Shown here in pieces: positions 1 to 11,878 of a DNA stretch of 45,506 bases; the first letter of the stretch is position 1; every line of letters begins with the position of its first letter. The stretch covers positions 124,001-169,506 of the forward strand of contig JAYWIR010000109.1 in NCBI GenBank assembly GCA_036172245.1. Direction: 5' to 3'. The notes beneath the pieces are model-generated. The model worked only from the letters and a program-made list of their open reading frames with translations. It was not told the origin of the DNA and made no database searches. This stretch comes from Raillietiella orientalis. Lineage: Eukaryota. The position numbers were made by a program, and so were the translations under genes.

Positions 1-1025
1 CTCGCGGAGAGCGCAGCCGAGCAGCCTCCAACGCGTGGTAGCCGCTAGCAGACGCTCCTTTTTCATAATGGCCTTCGGTCATCATTTCACTTTCACGGCT
101 GCTCCTCCGGGTCACACAAGTGGACACGCTGGCAAGAAGAGCAAAAACCCTGCACGAAAATGCTTTCCAACCGGTCCATTCGCACGAGAGAGCGAGGGAA
201 AAAAAAAATGTTTACGGTCAGAGATGCAACACCAGGCAGTTGCGATGGCATTCCGACGGCACGCTTGCAGCATTCGAGTAACACGCGCTCGATCCGTACC
301 ACAAGCACCTTGTAATGAAGTCGAGGGCAGCGTGACTCAAACGGTCATTGTGCTGTTTTGTGTGGGGGTGCAAGCGGAGCATAAAGGGGTCAAGCAGTCG
401 ACCTGACTTCAGCTTTGCATTGGGGAGGGGGGGGGGGATTATTACCTCACCTCTTTCCGAGCTGCTGCCAATTCGGGAGGTTCAGAATCGTCAGAAAAAA
501 AGCTTTTATTCGTTCGAAGGCCGCATCGAAATGAAAGAAACAACAAAGTCGGTGCTGTCTGGAAAAGGAGAGAAAGAGACACAAAATTCTTCCACGTGTC
601 ACGTGATCGTTCCTCGACATGGATGTGAAAAGAATTCCAAATTGCGGGATTCCGCCGGCTCTGATCGTTAACCCCTGGTCGGTTATTTACTTTTGCACGG
701 AGGGAATATTGGAAGGACGAAACGACCCATCTTCGGTGTTGGTTCTCACTCGCATCCTGGTGAACGTTTCGTAACCATGGCAGGGGTGAGGCACTTCTTC
801 TCGTCTCCCTGAGCGTCTCCTTTGCCGTGTTTACTTTGCCGAACGAGCGCGCCATGTAAACAAAAACGTGCGTTCAGGAAAGTTCTGGTGCCGCAATCCG
901 GGACAAATCGGCATCGATTTCTCCCAGGCCACCAGGGGTCAACACCCTGAAAGCGTGTCCATTGCGGGGACGCGTCGTCACTTTCCGCGCCGTAGTCGCT
1001 AGAGGAAACCAAAACGCGTGCGCGC

Positions 1026-1045
1026 GCACGCACGCACGCACGCAC
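1026..1045. repeat. (GCAC)5 microsatellite
   Basis: gcac x5 read directly, within a CpG-rich stretch. Confidence 0.85.
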
Positions 1046-3439
1046 GCGCCTCGTGCTCCTCCTCCCTTTTTTCCGCTTCCGCAAGCTGGGGAACCCCACG
1101 GGAGGAAGAGGACCACGCACGCGAGCGCACGCGCGAGGCCTGCGCCCTGGTCCTCCTCCCCGCGGCGTGCGTGGGTCCGCGACCGTCAACCGCGTCGCTG
1201 CGCAGCGGTCCCGCGCACGCGCGTCTTCGGTCAGACCGCGCGCGCACCTTTGAGCGTCCACGCCCTCGCCTTGCAGAGGGGCGTTCGAGAGAGAGCGACA
1301 GAGAGCTGTTTGCGCGGAGCCATCGGAGCCACCCTGGCCGCCTTTTTTAAGGGCTCTTTTTTTTGGGAAAGGAAGGAGGGGGAGGGGAGGGGTGTCGGGT
1401 TCCCTGCGTTTGGTCGGCCGTCCCCTTACTGGGGACGTGCCTTCGGAGGGGTGGTCCCGCTGCGCTGCAAGGATTGTGGGAGGGAGGGAACCGCGGTGTT
1501 TCCGGGAAAGCGGAAACCCCCCCTCCCCCTTTCCCCTCCCCCTTTCCCCTCCCCCTTTCCCCTTGCCTCGCGCCCGGCGCTTGGCAACCCGTTGCTGCTG
1601 TGTTTCCCTCCGCGACGAGGGAAGCGCGGTGGATTCCTCTCTGTGTGAGGCCTCGCCTTGCGCCTTTCTGGTTGAGCGCTTCTTACGGGAAAAAGTCGAC
1701 GACCCTCGGCTATCCGAACGACAAACAACAAATGCCGGCAAAAGACGAGAATAAAAACGCGGTTTTTTTTTTAAAAAAAAAAATAAATAAGTAAATAGAA
1801 TGAAGAAAATGTTTTTGTTTTTCTTCTTTCAGTCGCTCCTTCCGTTTTTATAGTTTCCTTGTTTGTCCTTTTCCCTCTTTCCACCTTTTGTTTTCGACAG
1901 GTTTGGGGCCGAGGAAGGGGGAGAGGCGTTTCCCTAGGGAAGCAAGCGCAAAATTCCTGTTGTTTCGTTACGTCTGGTTGGTTGACCTTACGCGATTCCG
2001 CGTTCGCCCCTTCTGTTTTGTTTCTGCCTGTACCGCGGAAGGCATAGGAAGGGGGCGTGAAACTGGGAAGGGGGTGGTGGGGAAGCTATCGGGGGAGGAG
2101 GAGGAGGCAGAGATCGCTGTTTTTCTTTTCTTTTCTTTTTAAAGGCAAACAAACGGCAATAGCGAACCGCCTCCGAGGAACGCCGGAAAGGTGAACGCAC
2201 TTGGGTTTCGCGGTGCGTTCCCATGGCTACCCGACGGCGCGGTCATTTGTTGACGCGGGGGTGTCGTCTCGGAGAGCACGCCTCCCAGTGCCGCCGCCAC
2301 GCTCCCCTTTCTTTTTTTTTTTGTTTGTTTGCCGTTCTTTTCCTCCCTCCTGCTTCCCGGAAAAGGAGGAGAGCCGGCCGACGAGAGCAGTTCCGGTGCT
2401 TGAGGGAGGGAGGGAGGTGCCGTGGAGTCGACGGCCAGGAGGAGGAGGAAGAAGGAAGGGGAGGGAAAGGAAAGCTGCTCCTCCCCCCGTTGCCGTGGCG
2501 ACCGCGCTTGCTCCTGTCGTCTCCGCCGTTTCGACCGCTCCTCCCTGTCTTCTTCCCCTTTCTTCCCCCTTCCCGTCCCGTTTCGCGTCCCATCCAGGCC
2601 AGGGGGACGACGGCGTCGAGGGGACTCTGCGAAAGGCGAACTCCGTTCGGAAGTTCAGCGACCCCCGCCGCTTCTCGATGCGGAACGCAGGACTTTCCCC
2701 GAGGAGGAGGGGGAGGAGGCGAGCTCGCCGCAGACGGCGGCGGCGCGCGTGAGCGCTCACCGGGTCGTCGCAATCGACGGCGCATCCGTTATGCAACAGC
2801 GCAGCGGCGTGCAGCACCGTTCCTGCATCGTCCTCCGCCGACCCCGCCGCCGTCTCCGTCCTTCGGCACTTCCCTTCTTCGGCAGGGAGAAAGAGGAGGA
2901 GGGCAACGAGCCTCGCCGCCGTCATGCGCTACGCGCGTCCCCGTCGGTCCAGCCTTTGTGCTTTCCCCGCAGGAACGCACCGAGTGATCGGGGAGCGGAC
3001 GATGATGGTCGCCGCCCGTTCTCGAGCAGAAGCTGTCGGCGGAGCGGTGGCAGCGGTGGAACCAGTCTGGTAAGGGAAAAGAAACGTTCGCACGCCCGTC
3101 TCTCCCCGTCGCCCAGCGTGTGCGTAACAGGGAACAGCCCGTTCCGCTGCCCGACACGTCCCTCGGAAGCAATGCCCCTTCTCTTCCTCCCCTTCCCTCT
3201 TGTCCTCGTCTCGTCAAAAGTCCCGTCCCAGCTTGCGCAGTTCTCGGGAAACCGTCCGCTGATGTTTTCCTTATTGCTACCAGCGTTCAGCGGTCATGGC
3301 GCTGCCGCGTGTTGGGTCGTTCCTTTCTGTTCCCAATGTGTCGGGTGTTAAAGCGGGTGGGACTTTCTCCGCTTCCCGAAGCGCGAGCCCCAAGCATTTC
3401 GGGGGTGCCCCAGCAAAGTGACCGGAGAGCGGTACCCCC

Positions 3440-3837
3440 TCGCGATGCTCGGGGGGGGGGGGGGATGCTATCAGGGCGCATGCTGCGCTGTTGTCGCCGT
3501 CGGACCGCAGCACATCGTGGTAGACAACTCCCCCCCTCCCTGCCTCCTGCCTTCTTCGGGACGAATTTTCCATGTCACCGAGCTCCAGGAGGCTGCCGTC
3601 GATTTGGAGATGGGCGAAGAATGCCGGCAGCGCCACGTGGGGTCGACTCGGCGACGAGATTGCGTGGATCCTCCTCAGTCGCAGCGCCTGTTGTTGCACG
3701 TTTTTGGTACCCATGACTGCGAATGGCTGGACGGGCAGCACATATCTCGCATCGTAAATCTTATAGAAAAGTGGGCACAGAGGGACCCCAACCCATTTCG
3801 AAGGCCGTTCCAGAAGAATGTAAGCTGCCCATGGCAA
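3440..3837 (-). other. Possible coding exon or relic, product unknown
   Basis: The minus-strand ORF 3277-3837 has a non-low-complexity core (PLFYKIYDARYVLPVQPFAV...HVALPAFFAHLQIDGSLLELGD) with mostly G/C-ending codons, unlike neighbouring ORFs. No family recognised. Confidence 0.25.
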
Positions 3838-5530
3838 CAGCCTCGGGAAATTCGAAAGTCACTCTCCGGCGTCTGTCTCCCTGGGCCGGAGAGCATGACC
3901 CCGTTGTCGGCGTCGCCTTTCGGAGGAGATTCAGGGCGCGATGTCTTCTCCCGGTTGCCGTGAACGTGGTTTCGTCGGGGAGGAGGCGGCAGAGGCAAGA
4001 GGGGGAGGAGGAGGAGAGAAAAGAACCCCGGGAAAGAGAACGAAGGGGAACCCCGCAGAGCACCTCAGGGATGGCCTGTCGGCGAACGTTCGCCGTCCAC
4101 ACGAGCTGTCCTTTCGGCTGCCTGGCGACCCATTTTCCCTCGTCGCGCTTCCGCGGGGAGGTCCTTTTCCATGGACGCTGTCCATCCCGAGGAACGTTAG
4201 TACTATCGCTGACCACGCGCCTTCCGGTGACCCTGTGGCAAGTGGTCCCGTTCGGTCCTGCTTCAGACGCTGGACGAGCGGGCGCTTCGCTTCCGCCTTC
4301 CCTCGGCGCGCGCTTTCCTCTCCGCTCCATGGAAATTCGGGGCAGCGGCGCCGCCCATCTTTAGGGAGCGAATCTCCGAGGGCTACAAGCCGCGGTCCTT
4401 CCTGTCATTCGCGTTGGAGCTTTCCCGCCCACGCCTGGACCTGCAGCGGAAAGGAAAAGCGCTTGTGTGCGCCTCTGATCTTCCGCCTCCGCCACGGACG
4501 AGGCTGACCCGTCCCGCCCGTCCGCCCTCCAGGGTTGGCTTCCGCTGCACGACGCCCCCGCGCCTCGTCTGCAAGGGCAGCCCCGGCTGGTTACAGCGTC
4601 ACCTTTCCACCCCTGGCGCTCTTGATCGCCGTGACGCCAGGAGGCTGTTGCTCCAGCGCTCCTTCCGCGCTGCTTGGCGTTCGCCTCAACTTTCATCTGT
4701 CCCACTCCCCGTAGGAGCGGCGCCGCGCCCCACACGCCCGAGCAGAGTCGGTCTGCCGTCGTCAGGGGGAGTCCGAGCACGTGTCGGGCGCATCCCGTGG
4801 GAGCGAGCGGCGCGTCGACCCGCTCACCGGGGCGAGCAGCCTGGCGCAGGGCGCACCTGTTGCCCCACCTCTCACTCTTACACTGTGCTCTCAGGGTTAT
4901 TCATTGCCGCAAAGGAGCAGGCGCTCCCGCCTCCCCTCCGGGAACGCCGAGGGGGAAGAGGACTTTCCGACAGCGGCGGCGGCGACGGAGGCAGGGGAGG
5001 AGCTGGCGCTGCATGAAGAGCTCGGGAAGAGGCCGGTACGGCCGCATAGGAAGAACAGCAGCAGCGCCGGAGGCAGTCTTCTCCATCTGGAGGCCCCCCA
5101 GCGGTCCCCTCCGTGACCTGCTCCAGCGCCCGCGGACCACGCGAGCGCCGGGAGGAGGATGAAGGTCTCTTCGCCCGCGGCCGCAGCGGGAGCTGTGGTC
5201 GTCCCTCCCCTCACCATTCCCGGCGTCCCATACCGGTGGTTGCGAGTTCCAGAGTGCCCGGGGGGCTCCAACAAGCACGGATGAAGAGACCCCGGTGAGC
5301 TGTTGTTGTAGGAAGTGAGTCCTCGTGCCCTCCCGGCTTGCCGGCGGGCGATGATAGGGAAGCGACCCTCTCCCTTCCCTTCCCAACCCCTCTCCCCCTC
5401 CCCTTGCCAACCTCCTCTCCGCGGGAGTGCCTCCCTCGAGGCGGCCCGACCTTCTGGCGGTGTCTGGAAGCCGGCGTTTCTCTTCATGAGGCGCGAAGAA
5501 GAGCGAGGAAGAGTCGGCAGGAGGAAAAGC

Positions 5531-5551
5531 GACGACGACGACGACGACGAC
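5531..5551. repeat. (GAC)7 trinucleotide repeat
   Basis: gac x7 read directly. Confidence 0.85.
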
Positions 5552-8500
5552 AGGACAGCGACTGGAAGATCTACTCCGCCTCCGACAGCAGCGGCAGCGA
5601 TTGTAGCAGTAGCAGCATTCAAGAGTGACCATGGCGGCTGGAAGATCGCCGCCTTTAGCAACGCCACCGTCGCGACCTCCAGCAACCAAAACAGGAAGGG
5701 CGACGACCGCTCTTCTCCCTTCCTGGGTGCCCTCTGCAGCTCGATAAGGGACGTCCCCGTTCGTCGTGGACGACTCCAGCGACAGCCTCGCGCACTCACC
5801 GGGGCTCTCCATCTTCCTGCGAGGTCGGCGTACGCGTGATTCCTGCCAGCGGGAGGGGAGGGAGAGTGAGTGACCTTCGCCCCGTCGTCCTCCTCCCCTG
5901 GCTGCAGCCCTTTTCCCTACGCTCCGCTCCTCCTGCCTTCCAGCGGGGCCGAGGAATTCCCAGCGGTGGCGTCCGTCTTCGCCTCCCTCCGATCTCGTCT
6001 CTTCTGTTTTCTTCCCCCCTTCTCCCCTGACCCGTCCCTTTGGTACTCGGTCCTCGCCTACCCCGGCGGGCGGGCGAGGAAGCCCCGAGCGAACGCACCC
6101 CTCCTCGGTCGGCACTCCCCTGTTCATGTAAATAAAAAGCCGAAGGAGGAGCATATGGCGTCGTCCCGCGCGCTCGCATGTGCGTGGCCGGAGGACAACG
6201 GGATGTGGGTCACTGCCACATTCTTCTTGGGGTTCTGGAAAAGGGAGGGAATAGCCAGCGCCTTCAGCGGGCCTGCTGAATCCGTCCCCCTTAGCCTCCT
6301 CGCGCCGGATTCCTTTCCCAGAGGCGCTGTCTCCGGTCGCAGAAGGGGAAAGCGGGAAGCGACCGTCCCAGTGCTCACGGTGGTCATCTTCCGTTTCGGG
6401 GCGCCCCCAGAGCAGCCGCGGCGACCTCCCTCACTTTCGCCTCGCCTGCCCTCCGGTGGAACGGCTCGTGCTCGCACAACCGGGAAGAGGCGACGAGCGC
6501 CGTCGCGGCTGCTGGCGACGCCGCCGAGAGGGCGGGAGGGACGGGAAGAAGGCGGCTGCGGCTGCAGCAGAGGGAACGCCCAAGACGAGGGTGACGAGCG
6601 AAACCCTGCGGGACCGCAACGAAGGCTGATAACGGAAACGGCTGCGACCGAAGGGAAAAACGCGGCCGCAGGGGCAGCTGAAGCAGCCGCAACAATCGCG
6701 ACGCGAGTGATCGTCACGGCAACAGCAGGGGATTCCGGCGCAGCGTCGCGAATCAGCAGCGGAAACAGCAACAATGGCGGGACGAAGACCCCTTTCCACA
6801 CCCCATTTGCAGCACACCAGCCCATCGGAGCGATCCGAGGGTCGCCGTCTCGGCGGCGGAAAATCCTTCGGAAGTGCCGCTGCCTGTCACCTGTGGATTC
6901 CGCGGCAAATCGGGGCCGCTCCGGCCTTCTTTCCTCAGGCCATTGGTGCACCTCTCCTTCCGGCTAACCCCGGTCGTGTCCTGCCTTCGCCGACCCTTCC
7001 CTTAGAGCCACTGGTGCTACGCATTGACGCCGGGGGAGGTCGAGTTTGCGCTGGCTGCCCGGGACGAAGCTCCTCCAGAGACAGGGAACCTCTCCGACCT
7101 CTCGCGCACTTCGTTGGCGACCCCGGCCATGTCCCTCTAGCTTAGCTGACGCTTCTCCGGCATCCTCGCCGCGGCGCGCTCGGCATGAACGCGACATTTC
7201 GCCTCCTTCCTGGTGAGAAGGGTCGCGCCGTGTCCTTTCCTCCACCTAAGGACAGGTGGAGCGTCCCTCGGCTTGTTGCTCACCTGCGGCAGGGTGGTCT
7301 GGCGCGTCCAGACTGGGAGGCCGCTGGTTCGCGGAGGGAGGGAATACCGGACTGCCGCTCATCTGGAGAGACGCCCTTGGATTTCCTCCCAAGGTCTCCA
7401 GCTCCCAAGGTGCCGTCCTTGCCGCTGCTGCTGCTTGCCCGGAGGTGGCTGGTCGGTCCGCCATGCCTCAGGCGTCCCGGAATCTTGAGGAGGACGTGGG
7501 AGGGAGGAGCCCACACGGCACGAGGGGAAGGGTTGAGGGTGGTCAGTTCTCCTCTTTCGGACGGAAGGAGCACCCCTAAGAGATGTCGCTACTGAGGGTG
7601 GACACCGCAGCAGTCCCTGCGGAGGGGATCCCCCGGCCGCGATCCCGAAGAGACAGGAGAATCCCTGGAGCATCCGGAGGGAGTCACCCTCAGGCGACCC
7701 GTTTGCCCGATGCTAACAGTGGGGGGCAGCAGTCAATGTCAGGAACCCTTGAAGGGAACGGCGGGGATGGCGGGAAGTCAAAGGGGTCCCAGCGTCTGCC
7801 CTGGCAGCGACCACAACAGGAAGAGGAATCACAGCGGCTGGACTGCAGGGCAGACACTAAGAGCAGAGACGACCACCAAATCAAAGGGGAAGGGGGTCCA
7901 TGGCAACGGGGGAGGGAGGGTCGCCACGGGTCAGAAGTGTCGGTCGCAGCAGGGCTGATTGCGGGGCTCGCCCCGGTCGCGGCAGCAACGCCATCCGTTG
8001 CCGACAGTGCCGACGACAACAGCAGTCCGCAGGAGTCGCTCCGGCAACGGCAACTGTGACCAGGGAGGATGACTATCTCACGGGGATGCAGCAGCGATCT
8101 CCGTGACAACATCATCGGAAGTCACGATGCACGGGTCGCGAGGAGGCGAGCAGCAATAACAGATGAGGCGGAAGCAGCAGAGGGGCGAACCACGGCGCTG
8201 GGATCAGTCGCGGCACCTGCGCGGAAGCGGAAGGTGCTGCGGATGACCGACGGTCCCTTTGTCTCCGTATTCTTTCCAAACCGGAGAGAGACCAGGTGGA
8301 GGGCGTCCGGGCTGGAAGCCGCCGGGGGCACCGGGCAGACGGGGAGCTTCCCGGCTGTCCGCTGCTTCGGGGTGAGGGTTCCTGGCGCCGCCTGCACGCC
8401 CCGCGCGGCGAGTCCTACGGCCAGAGGGTGCTTCTGAGTAGCTGCCAAAAGCCCTCCTCGCCTAGAGGAGGGGCAGAGAACCCTTCGCCCCTTGGGCACC

Positions 8501-9873
8501 CCTTCCGTCTCGAAAGCATAGCTCCGCAGGAAGCAGGAGGCGATTCGCAGGGAGGGTGCGCGCGGAATGCGAAGGAAGAGCGAAGGTATCCGAGGATAAG
8601 GGTAGAGGCGGAGTCGAGGAGTCAGTAGGGGTGCCGTAATGGGGAACAGAGGAACGCGGGGAACGGCGAGGAGTCTCCATTGAGGTTTCCGGAGGAGAGG
8701 GGTTTCCGAGATGCGACGCCAAATCCGTATCCATGGCAGCGGCTCTCGGGCGGAGGCAGGGAAGGCAGAAAGGCGCTCCGCAAGTAAGGGAGAGGGTCGG
8801 GTGAGCCTTCCTCGCTCAACTCACGGGGCGGGTTCCCCTCTCCTCCGGCAAGCCCCTCGGGATCGGTCGCAGTGTCTCTCTAGACCAATTGCGACCCTCG
8901 CGGGAAGACGTTGCTGGGGGAGCTCTGAAGCAGGTCTGCAAGACTCCGCACGGCCGGAGGGTCCGATCGTCACAGCGGCTTCCTCCACTCCTCTCCCCTC
9001 ATTCCTGGAGAGGGCACCCCGGAAACCCATGTAGTGAGTGGAGAGAGTTTCCTGCTGTCCCTGCCTGCGGGAGCTTCGAGGCCCTCGAGCGGACGGGGGT
9101 CAGGAAAGAATGGAAGCTGCCCTTCCCGACTCCGCGACTCGCGCATCACGAAGAGATGTCGCCTCTACCTTCTAGGGATGGGAAGAGAGGAAGGCGAGGG
9201 CCGACTGTCGTCTCCTGCCCACACACACATCTGAGAGAAGCAAGGGCGTCGCAAGGATTCACCTCCTTCTCTTCCACCCCCCCTTTCCCTCCTCTTCCTG
9301 CTCTCCTCTCACTACTGCGGACCTTCCCCACGTGAGCCTCCGCCCCAGAAAGATAGGAGTCCCAGACGAGGGAAGATGGGAGCGTCGCTTGCGGATGCGT
9401 CGTGCGTTCTCCCTTACGTTCACCGTGAAGGCGGGCCGTTGCCGAGCAACCGAAAACTACGTCCCCCCCCTCCCCTTTCGCTTCCGCCCGCGTCTGTCCT
9501 CAGCTGAACGAGTACCGACCTCGACAGAGGGAGTTCCCGACGATCGCCTCGTAGCTGGAGCAGCCGACCCTGCCAGTTCCTTGCTCGGGACCCCCTTCAT
9601 TCCCTCCCTCGCAGCATCCGGAAGACGAAGGAGCACATGGGGGCGGTCGCCGCCGCCTCCCTCGCAGTTTTCATGCTCACCTCCATGCCCGGAGCGGTTC
9701 GCGGGCAGATGCGGCTCAACCCCAGTGAGTTCCCTCCCTTCCGGCTTCTTCCTTGCCCGTTAGCCTGCCTATCAGGTGGCGTCCCTCGATAGGCGCCGGA
9801 GGAGGGAATGTCGTTGTGCCGACGGGGACGCCTCTGGGAGGGCGGGGTGGGGGACCGAGCCCTCTGTCCGCAG

Positions 9874-11092
9874 CAAGGAGGCATGTCTTCCAGACTGCCG
9901 GGAGACCCCCGAGGGATGGGAGTACATCGGCACCATCGCCATAACGAAGAACGGCATCGAATGCCAGCGCTGGATCGATGACAAGCCCCACTACCACTAC
10001 TCGTGGGCCGACTACGCGTTTCCTGATGGCAAGGCGGAGTTCGCCGAGAACTACTGCAGGTAGGGGGAGAGCAAGGGTGCTCATCTGCCTTCTTCCTTCG
10101 ACCCCCACCCCCCGTTCACCTCCGGTCCACTGCCCCTGTCCCGAACGGGAGGGCGGATCGAGACGAAAGGAGGCCGGAGCGGTCCCACTTCCCTCGAAAG
10201 CGACGGGGACCGCGAGGGGGACGACCCTTCCTGCTCTCCGGGAAGAGGGGAGGGTTCCTTCCTGCTGCCCATTACTCCATTTTCCCCTGACTCTCGCCAG
10301 GAACCCCTATGGACTGGAGGAGCAGCCATGGTGCTACACAACAAACCCTAAGGTCCGCTGGGAGGTCTGCAGCATCCCTCTCTGTTCCGAGTGGCTCTTC
10401 GAAGGTAAAGGACTCCCGCTCTGCGAGTCCAGGAGGGTGGGTTTTAGAGAAAGAGAAAGAAAGAGGAAGAAGGGAAGAGGGGAGAAGGAGGAGAAAGAAG
10501 GGAACACGGGGAGAAGAGAATGGAAGGAGGAGGAAGAGGAAGAGAGGAGGAGGAAGAGAAGGAAGAAGAGAGGACAAAGAGAGAGGAGACAAAGAAAAGA
10601 GGAAGAAGGAACGGGGAAGAGGTGGAAGAGGGAGAAGAATCGGAGGAAGGGAGGAAGTTCCATTGGGTTGGTAGTGGTGTCCTCCCGTGACTCATTGGCG
10701 GTGCCCTTCCAGGAGGGGAGGAGGAGGAGGTAGAGGAGGTGGAGATCGAAGGGGTGGTGGTTAAGCAGAAGAAGAAATCGCTCGTCACCAGATGGTCGGA
10801 CAAGATAGCCACCATCATCTATTCCATCCCTGTGGTCGGAAAAATAATCCAGATCTCCTTTCGCATCTTCCGCAACTACAAGATGGTCTTCTTCTTCTTT
10901 ATCCTGCCCCTGTGCATCCTCATGATCTGGATGCTGCCCGTCTTCGCCCTGTATATCATGGCTTACGTGGGAGGCGGCCGCCCCGAGAAGCGGTTTGACA
11001 TCAACGTGCCTACCATGGAGGATGAGGACAAGAACAGGATCGTGGGCGGACCCCTGGTGGAGGACCACTACGTAGGTGAGGACCTCATGTGA
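9874..11092 (+). CDS. Kringle-domain membrane protein, last three exons (9874 or 9894-10059, 10301-10404, 10713-11092); 5' exons not located
   Basis: Spliced translation [26 protein letters not shown]...[33 protein letters not shown] has the six-Cys kringle pattern. GT-AG introns at 10060-10300 (phase 2, in YCR|NP, with branch-like ccctgac) and 10405-10712 (phase 1) keep the frame into an acidic linker and a hydrophobic segment ([29 protein letters not shown]). Stop at 11090-11092. Confidence 0.85.
10447..10656. repeat. Intronic polypurine (G/A) low-complexity tract
   Basis: About 200 nt almost free of C/T on the + strand, inside intron 10405-10712. Confidence 0.8.
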
Positions 11093-11609
11093 GGATGGAG
11101 GACGCGCTACGTCCAGATCCCACTCCACGCCCACTCCGCCCGCCCGGAAGTGCGGGCGGGAGCAAAGGCGGCGAAGAGACCAACCAAAAGAGTTTTTTTT
11201 TCTCCCATTTTGGGGGTGTATGGGGGATGGGAGGGTAGGGTAGACGTAGGGGTAGGCAAAGTGGGACAAACAGCTGGGCGGCAAGCTCCACAGTCTTCGG
11301 GACGAGGGAGAGCATAATCCCAGAGTTGTCCACCAACGGGAAGCACCAACTACCACTTGGCCTGACCACCTTCCCCACTCCCGCTGACCCCACATGAAAC
11401 AAGGCGGATCCGAGCAGCGCTATCTCCGACCCGGCTGGAGGGCTGCTGGTTTCCTCCATTCCCCCGCCTCGCACCGCGCCTGACTCCATCCCCGGAGGGA
11501 TACTCCCTTAGGCCACGCGCTCCAGGAGTCGCCGCTCGTGGAGCGGGCTGAAAACCGGCCTTTGCGACGCCGACTCAGGGTGTGCCCAGGAGCAGTGATT
11601 GCGCTGTAG

Positions 11610-11743
11610 TAATTGCACTATATTTTTCTTCTCCCACGTGTACTGTAGGTCGACACTCCGTGCTGGAAGTGAGCTAAAGAAAGAAGGAAAGGTAGATCTA
11701 AAGCATGAAATGAGGGAGAAGGGATTTCACCTGATGTACAAGT
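11610..11743 (+). repeat. Dispersed repeat, copy 1 (inverted partner at 17336-17480)
   Basis: gtgagctaaagaaagaagg...agatctaaagc.tgaaatgagg...gagaagggatttca.ctgatgtacaagt recurs reverse-complemented at 17.3-17.5 kb. Confidence 0.85.
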
Positions 11744-11762
11744 ACGGCGATCCAGAAGGAGC

Positions 11763-11878
11763 GTTCACGGTACCCGGGGTTCCCAGGCGGTCGCCCATCC
11801 AAGTACTGACCGGGCCCGACGCTGCTTAACTTCGCCGATCGAACGAGACGGTGCTTTCAGCGTGGTGGGACCGTAAAC
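11763..11878 (-). rRNA. 5S rRNA gene, single variant or pseudogene copy
   Basis: Minus strand reads GTTTACGGTCCCACCACGCTGAAAGCACCG...GAAGTTAAGCAGCGTCGGGCCCGGTCAGTACTTGGATGGGCGACCGCCTGGGAAC...CCGTGAAC, with eukaryotic 5S box A and box C. The 5' and 3' ends pair as helix I. It is 116 nt and no oligo-T terminator follows. Confidence 0.9.

Noticed and set aside
35..9763. Many long overlapping ORFs in all six frames
   Set aside because: Arg/Pro/Gly/Ala-rich products expected from GC-rich, stop-poor, low-complexity DNA. No domain recognised. Upstream kringle-gene exons may be hidden here but I could not support any.
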